54,255 bases of DNA from Candidatus Firestoneibacteriota bacterium. GTDB lineage: Bacteria > Oederibacteriota > D2-FULL-39-29 > CAIOVX01. Made by a program: the position numbers and the translations under genes. Below are positions 49,296-54,255 of the stretch, in pieces (within the stretch, counting starts at the first letter, position 1; every line of letters starts with the position of its first letter). A model generated the notes under the pieces. That model searched no databases and was not told the origin of the DNA. It saw only the letters and a list, made by a program, of their open reading frames with translations. The DNA lies in contig CAIWWK010000156.1 of assembly GCA_903916325.1 (NCBI GenBank), positions 1 through 54,255 on the forward strand, read 5' to 3'.

Positions 49296-49317
49296 TAATC
49301 TGCTTAATCAGTGTACT

Positions 49318-50685
49318 TTAGATGTTCATCAATGCTTTAACTTTCTTTTTGTAATCCGCCACCAGTTTCTTAGATTTTGCCTCTGATTTGGATTCCGCGA
49401 AAATCCTGATGATGGGTTCCGTGTTGGACGGCCTTATATTTACCTTGACCTCTCTGGCGGAAAGAGAGATGCCGTCTATAGTTTCCAGCTTAAACTTGCC
49501 CGCCTCGCCTTTGAGTCTCTCCATTATTTTGAACCCGTTGTTCTTGGTGAGGTTGATCTTGTCTTTCACGATAAAGTATTTGGGAATATCCGCCGAAAGA
49601 GCCCTTATGGACTTGCCGGATTCCGCCATGTACTGAAGTACCAGCGCGATGCCGATCAGCGAATCCCTTCCCGGGTGAACGAGCGGGTACATTACTCCGC
49701 CGTTGCCTTCGCCGCCTATAATCCCGTTCTCTTTAAGCATTGCTTCGGCCACGTGAACCTCGCCGACCTTTGTCCTGATGAGTTTTGACTTGTATTTTCT
49801 GCAGATATCTTCCATCGCTATGGTGGTTGACATGTTTACAACAGCGGTCTTCCCCGGGTTCTTCCTGAGGATGTAATCCGAGGTCAGGCAGACGGAGTAT
49901 TCCTCGCCGATATAATGGCCGGTGTGGTCTATCAGCGCCAGCCTGTCAGCGTCCGGATCCTGCGCGAAGCCTATGTCGGAATTAGTGGATTTGACCTTGG
50001 CGCAGAGTTCTTTGAGGTTGACGATGGTCGGTTCCGGATTGTGCGCGAAGTTTCCGTTCGGCTCGCAGTTTATGCATTCAACATCGCAGCCAAGCTCTGA
50101 GAGCAGCGAGGGAGTAATGACGGCCCCCGCTCCGTTGCAGGAATCAAGCACAACCTTGAAGCGCTTGCTTCTTATCAGATCTACATCAACAATATCCAGG
50201 ACTTTCTTGATATGAATTTTTATACCATCATAGTCGTTGTTGACAATGCCCAGTCCGTCCCACGCGACCGTTCTGAAAGCGTTCTGGTAATAGGCGTTGA
50301 GCATCTGCTTGCCTTCCTCGTCGTTCAGGAAGACGCCGTTGCTTTTCAGGAATTTAAGGGCGTTCCACTGAACGGGGTTATGACTGCCTGTTATTATGAC
50401 CCCGCCGGCGGCTTTAAGTTCTTCCACCATGAGCGCGCAGGTGGGCGTTGTGGCAATATCCAGGTCCATTACCTCGCAGCCGGTTGAAAGCAGTGCCCCA
50501 AGGACGGAGTGTTTTATCATAAGGCCTGAAATTCTGGTATCCCGCCCGACTACCACGCGCCCTCCGTTAAGATATGTTCCGAAGGCCATACAAAGCCGGG
50601 TTACTACCTCAGGCGTAAGTGTCTCCCCGATAACTCCGCGGACGCCGGAAACGCCTATCATCAGAGTGCTTTTTGCTGTGCTCAT
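49318..50685 (-). CDS. Alpha-D-phosphohexomutase (phosphoglucosamine mutase / PMM-PGM type)
   Basis: 455 aa. It has GVRGVIGE, the phosphoserine loop TGSHNP, the metal loop DPDADR and the sugar loop GGEGNGG. Confidence 0.85.
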   Translation of the reverse strand: MSTAKSTLMIGVSGVRGVIGETLTPEVVTRLCMAFGTYLNGGRVVVGRDTRISGLMIKHSVLGALLSTGCEVMDLDIATTPTCALMVEELKAAGGVIITGSHNPVQWNALKFLKSNGVFLNDEEGKQMLNAYYQNAFRTVAWDGLGIVNNDYDGIKIHIKKVLDIVDVDLIRSKRFKVVLDSCNGAGAVITPSLLSELGCDVECINCEPNGNFAHNPEPTIVNLKELCAKVKSTNSDIGFAQDPDADRLALIDHTGHYIGEEYSVCLTSDYILRKNPGKTAVVNMSTTIAMEDICRKYKSKLIRTKVGEVHVAEAMLKENGIIGGEGNGGVMYPLVHPGRDSLIGIALVLQYMAESGKSIRALSADIPKYFIVKDKINLTKNNGFKIMERLKGEAGKFKLETIDGISLSAREVKVNIRPSNTEPIIRIFAESKSEAKSKKLVADYKKKVKALMNI

Positions 50686-50705
50686 TTTTACCTTCCTTTA
50701 TACTA

Positions 50706-51995
50706 TTATACGATTAACCGCATTACGGCTTTTGCGAGTTTGTGCGTGTCGTGCCTGACCAGACCGTTTGCGATATAGGTGAGATCGTCTCCCACGGTCT
50801 TTATGCCAAGCTCGTGTATTGCTTTGTAATCTATACGGACTGGTTCCGAGCCTTTCTTGCGGTAATTCTTTATAACGGCTTCCGGAATTTCGCCGGTGTT
50901 GATGATGACATAATTGATAAAGTTCTCTCCTGCATGCTTGATGATGGCGTTTATGTGTCCGGAAACGGAGAGTGTCTTGGTCTCTCCGGGCTGAGTCATT
51001 ATGTTGCAAACATAGACAACTTTGGCTTTGGTGTTCCTTAACTCTTCACAGATTCCCTTGACCAAAAGGTTTGGGATAATGCTCGTGTACAGGCTGCCGG
51101 GGCCCATTACTATAAGATTTGCCTTCCGGATGGCCTGCAGGGCTTCGGGGGAGGGAATGGGAGCTTCAGGCACGATATTGACCCTGCTGATTGGTTTTCC
51201 TATTTTAGTTATAGCGCTCTGCCCTTTTATGAATTGTCCGTTCTTGAGGCGGGCTGTCAGCGTGACTTTCTCAAGGGTGACCGGAAGCACGCGCCCGCGG
51301 ATGGAGAGAATATTCCCTGATTCTTTTACCGCTTTTTCAAAACTTCCGGATAACGTTGTGAGCGCGCCGATGAAGAGATTTCCAAAACTGTGGCCGTTAA
51401 GTTCCCTGCCTTTTCCTTTGAACCTGTGCTGGAATATTTTTCCCATGAGGTCGGAAGAGTCAGCGAGCGCCACCATACAGCTCCTGATGTCTCCCGGAGG
51501 GGGAATCTTCATATCTTTGCGGAGGCGTCCGGAACTTCCTCCGTCATCCGCCACAGTGACAACCGCGGTGATGTTGCTGGTGTAGCGTTTTACGCCTTTG
51601 AGCAGCGTAGAAAGCCCCGTGCCGCCGCCGATTACCACGAGTCTCGGCCCTTTGCCAAGGCGTATCTCGTCGTATACGGCTTTTTCCGCGTCCGCTCTTT
51701 CCGGATAGACAGCCCTGATATATCTGGAAAAACTCTTTATTACATAATATAGGCCGAATCCGCCAAGCACGACGACTATTATGTCTATGGTCACGAGCTT
51801 TGTGGATTTTAGCAGAAAGTCACGCAGGGGGTTAATATATCTGTCTATCTTGAAGTAGGGCAGGTTAAAGCTGATCAGGCCTTTGCCGATCGCGCCGGTT
51901 ATGCCTATGGAAAAAGGGATGAAGCTCAGGATAAAGAGGAATATCCAGCGTTTCAGCCTGACACCGGGATAAAAGAAGCGGGTTAATCTGCTCAT
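50706..51995 (-). CDS. yvcK: YvcK/CofD-family (UPF0052) protein with N-terminal membrane anchor
   Basis: 429 aa. VVIGGGTGLSTLLKGVK and TAVVTVADDGGSSGRLR are YvcK signatures. The first roughly 90 aa contain two hydrophobic helices. Confidence 0.8.
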   Translation of the reverse strand: MSRLTRFFYPGVRLKRWIFLFILSFIPFSIGITGAIGKGLISFNLPYFKIDRYINPLRDFLLKSTKLVTIDIIVVVLGGFGLYYVIKSFSRYIRAVYPERADAEKAVYDEIRLGKGPRLVVIGGGTGLSTLLKGVKRYTSNITAVVTVADDGGSSGRLRKDMKIPPPGDIRSCMVALADSSDLMGKIFQHRFKGKGRELNGHSFGNLFIGALTTLSGSFEKAVKESGNILSIRGRVLPVTLEKVTLTARLKNGQFIKGQSAITKIGKPISRVNIVPEAPIPSPEALQAIRKANLIVMGPGSLYTSIIPNLLVKGICEELRNTKAKVVYVCNIMTQPGETKTLSVSGHINAIIKHAGENFINYVIINTGEIPEAVIKNYRKKGSEPVRIDYKAIHELGIKTVGDDLTYIANGLVRHDTHKLAKAVMRLIV

Positions 51996-52075
51996 CGTAA
52001 AAATATTATCACCGAAATCATTACATTACAAGTATTTTATTGGAAATAAGCGCTTCCAAATGTCATAATTGTCGG

Positions 52076-53821
52076 ATGGCTGCCCTGATAATCCTGATAC
52101 TGCTCTTAACTCCGTTGCTCTATCTGCCTGTCGCGAAAGACGCCTTTAGCGCGCCCAAGAATCTGTTTGTTATTTTCATGTGCGCTCTGCTCGGGATTTT
52201 GCTCGCAAAGAGAGCGGCTTTCAAGAAAATCAAATTATCCCTCCCGGCGCTTCTGCTTTTCGGGACTTTTTTCCTTATTTCCGCAGTTTCCTGTTTTTAT
52301 TCTTCAAACATTCTGGTTTCCCTGAAATATGCAGGGGACATTCTTCTCTACGGCGTGCTTGTCCTGGCCGCGGCCCATTGCGCCGCTGCGGACAGAAAGA
52401 ACATAACTGCTTTCGGCAATGCTGTCTGCGCCGCGACGATCGCCGTATCCGTGCTGGGTTTATTACAGGCATTTCATATCGATTTTTTTGAACTGACCAT
52501 GAACCTGCTCTTTTCGGAACGCTCAACCGCGTTTCTGAGCTTCAAGGAAAGGATATCCTCCACGATGGGCAACGCCAATTTTTTCGGAGGATACCTGGTA
52601 ATGTCCGTTCCTGCGGCCTTTGCGCTCTTTATAGGAACTGACGGTTTGAAACGGGGTCTCTTTTACGGTTCAGCTTCCCTGCTGGGTCTGCTCTGTCTGG
52701 TTAAGACCGAGACCGCGAACGCCTGGGCTGCCGCGGCCCTCGGGCTGCTTCTCTTTGTATTTCTTGCTGCAATCTACGCGGGGGAGAGAAGGAAAAAACT
52801 CTGCGTTTCTCTGCTGGTCCTCGCAGCGCTCGGAATCTGCGCGGTTGCGGTACTGCATCCAAGGGAAGCTATATTAAAAATAAGGAACGCCGGAAGTTTC
52901 AGCACGCTTTCGGAGCGGGGCCGGCTTGTGATGTGGAAGGCCGGGCTTGAGATGGTAAAGGAACGGCCGGTGACCGGTTTCGGCGCCGCATCCTACAAAA
53001 TATATGTGTCAAAATACGAGGGGCGGGTACTCCACTCGCCGGGTTACACTGATTACCCCTACCAGATGACCAAGGACGCGCATAATGACTACATTCAGAT
53101 CTGGGCAGAACTGGGAATATTCGGTTTACTTGTCTTCCTCCTGACAATAGCGTTATCTCTGGCGTTCGGGTACTCTTTCGCGAAAGAAAAAAATACTCAG
53201 GAACGAATAATGTTTTTTGGCCTGCTTGCCGCCTTGGCAGGCTACGCCGTGCACGCGTTCTTCAATTTTCCGATGAAGATAGCGCCTATTTTCACAGTGT
53301 TCTGCGTTTATTGCGGGATACTTTTGTCGGGATCGCCGGCGCAAGTCGGGCTGAAGAACCGCCCAGGCGGAAAGATAATTGTTGTGGTTGCCGTCCTGGT
53401 TGGCGGAGCGCTCTCGGCCGTCGCGGTTCTTTTCTTCGCAGCAAACCTGGAAACCGGATACGGAATACTGATGTATGACAGGAGCAGGTACAATGAAGCG
53501 TTGTCGCATTTTAACAGGTCGTTGGTCAACAGCGAGCGGCTCGACTACACAAGGGATTTGCGGACGCATTTCTATAAAGGAAATATTTATTATGTGAGAG
53601 GAGAATACGCGGAGGCCAGGAACGAGTTTAATAAAGAGATAGCCTTGAATCCGTATAACGCTGACGCGCGGTACAATATGGGGCTGATTCTCGACAGGCT
53701 GGGCCTAAAAGAAGAGGCAGTGGAATCCTACAAAAAGGCGCTGGAATTGGAAAAAACTTTCGCCCCCGCGGCTGAAAAGCTGGCAGAGCACGGAGTTAAA
53801 TGGCCGGCAGCTCCCCTGTGA
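52076..53821 (+). CDS. O-antigen ligase/Wzy_C-like polytopic membrane protein with C-terminal TPR repeats
   Basis: Many TM helices. The loop motif is KDAHNDYIQIWAELGIFGL. The C-terminal TPR-like part reads YNEALSHFNRSL..., YAEARNEFNKEIALNPYNADARYNMGL..., EEAVESYKKALEL. The start is uncertain (TTG 52040 in the track, ATG 52076 here). Confidence 0.7.
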   Translation: MAALIILILLLTPLLYLPVAKDAFSAPKNLFVIFMCALLGILLAKRAAFKKIKLSLPALLLFGTFFLISAVSCFYSSNILVSLKYAGDILLYGVLVLAAAHCAAADRKNITAFGNAVCAATIAVSVLGLLQAFHIDFFELTMNLLFSERSTAFLSFKERISSTMGNANFFGGYLVMSVPAAFALFIGTDGLKRGLFYGSASLLGLLCLVKTETANAWAAAALGLLLFVFLAAIYAGERRKKLCVSLLVLAALGICAVAVLHPREAILKIRNAGSFSTLSERGRLVMWKAGLEMVKERPVTGFGAASYKIYVSKYEGRVLHSPGYTDYPYQMTKDAHNDYIQIWAELGIFGLLVFLLTIALSLAFGYSFAKEKNTQERIMFFGLLAALAGYAVHAFFNFPMKIAPIFTVFCVYCGILLSGSPAQVGLKNRPGGKIIVVVAVLVGGALSAVAVLFFAANLETGYGILMYDRSRYNEALSHFNRSLVNSERLDYTRDLRTHFYKGNIYYVRGEYAEARNEFNKEIALNPYNADARYNMGLILDRLGLKEEAVESYKKALELEKTFAPAAEKLAEHGVKWPAAPL

Positions 53822-53880
53822 AGTTTGTTGCAGTGATTTTCGCTTAAAAAGACGTTTATTTGAGGGAAATAGCGGCTTGG

Positions 53881-53903
53881 GGCGCCTGAAAAGGCGCTGT
53901 TTT
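53881..53903 (+). terminator. Terminator candidate after the Wzy/TPR gene
   Basis: GGCGCC-TGAAAA-GGCGCT stem followed by GTTTT. Confidence 0.5.
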
Positions 53904-53916
53904 CCGTCAGGAGTAC

Positions 53917-53945
53917 TTGACAAGCAGTACCCTCTATTATATAAT
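53917..53945 (+). promoter_or_regulatory. Perfect consensus sigma70 promoter
   Basis: TTGACA (53917-53922), exactly 17 nt, TATAAT (53940-53945). Confidence 0.7.
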
Positions 53946-53975
53946 CAACATACAAAGATGTGGCAGACAATGATG

Positions 53976-54012
53976 TCCGCCGCGGTTAAAAGCCGCGGCG
54001 GATATTTTTTTT
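53976..54012 (+). terminator. Strong intrinsic terminator inside the leader of the downstream gene
   Basis: TCCGCCGCGG-TTAAAAG-CCGCGGCGGA is a perfect 10-bp GC-rich stem. TA plus eight T residues follow it. It ends 19 nt before ATG 54031. Confidence 0.8.
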
Positions 54013-54030
54013 GGAAAACAGGAGAACAAG

Positions 54031-54255
54031 ATGTTAAGACCTTTAGATGACAGGCTTCACAAGATACCTTCCGGCTGCGGCGTCACCGGCATTATGGACA
54101 GGAGCGGCGCGGTTTTTTCCGGAGGGGACATCGTCGCTTCCATCTGCAACATGATGGAAAGGGGCAACGGGCTCGGTTCCGGTTACGCGGCATACGGAAT
54201 ATATCCGGAACAAAAAGACTATTATTGCTTCCATATGATGTTCGGAAGAGAGGCC
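54031..54255 (+). CDS. Class-II glutamine amidotransferase domain protein (glutamate-synthase-like), 3' end cut by window
   Basis: The ATG lies 6 nt after AGGAG. The translation [58 protein letters not shown] is open to the window end. The CG(V/I) nucleophile context and the NGLGSGYA motif resemble archaeal-type GltB N-domain proteins, recognised by eye only. Confidence 0.5.
   Translation, partial: MLRPLDDRLHKIPSGCGVTGIMDRSGAVFSGGDIVASICNMMERGNGLGSGYAAYGIYPEQKDYYCFHMMFGREA

Larger units (their letters stand above)
39140..49309. other. Putative accessory island inserted between nagB and a convergent phosphohexomutase gene
   Basis: Sampled 60-nt lines at 39.3-39.9 kb contain 14-21 G+C, against 33 in a sampled core line. 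The gene content is non-housekeeping. Near-identical 13-mers AATTTGCTTAATC (39140-39152) and AATCTGCTTAATC (49297-49309) sit at the two edges, each preceded by GCTTTAAT. No integrase is present. Confidence 0.4.

Noticed and set aside
49159-49386. A 75-aa plus-strand ORF between vapC and the phosphohexomutase gene.
   Set aside because: It spans the perfect hairpin and the terminator and runs into the 3' end of the convergent gene. It has no RBS, so it is a repeat-derived artefact.

Overview
Bacterial chromosomal window made up mostly of co-directional (+) housekeeping operons. In order: rpoA-rplQ (end of the ribosomal cluster); dprA-topA-xerC; an arginine cluster (argB, argD, argF, argG, argH) with two unrelated genes interleaved; guaA; a detached atpG-atpD-atpC module; prfB with its programmed +1 frameshift; a hemerythrin-like gene; an SMC that appears to lack a canonical hinge; purE-tsaC-LMW phosphatase-rpiB-glyA-dCMP deaminase; a WecA/MraY-like transferase; xseA-xseB-ispA-dxs-nadK-recN; nifS; nagB. 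A roughly 10 kb accessory segment of mixed, partly much lower GC (about 39.1-49.3 kb) sits between nagB and a convergent phosphohexomutase/yvcK operon. It carries a probable truncated polymorphic-toxin tip with an Imm11-like immunity gene, a DUF4143-type AAA ATPase, three uncharacterised secreted proteins (a beta-helix protein plus two paralogous multidomain proteins, one ending in an HExxH domain) and a VapBC module. It has no integrase. I saw no rRNA, tRNA, CRISPR array, transposase or phage genes. Intergenic spacers hold several families of structured repeats. The most striking is a 235-255 nt imperfect-palindromic element that fills the argG-argH and xseA-xseB spacers from stop codon to Shine-Dalgarno. 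Homology statements come from motif recognition by eye, with no searches run. The taxon cannot be assigned from the sequence alone.
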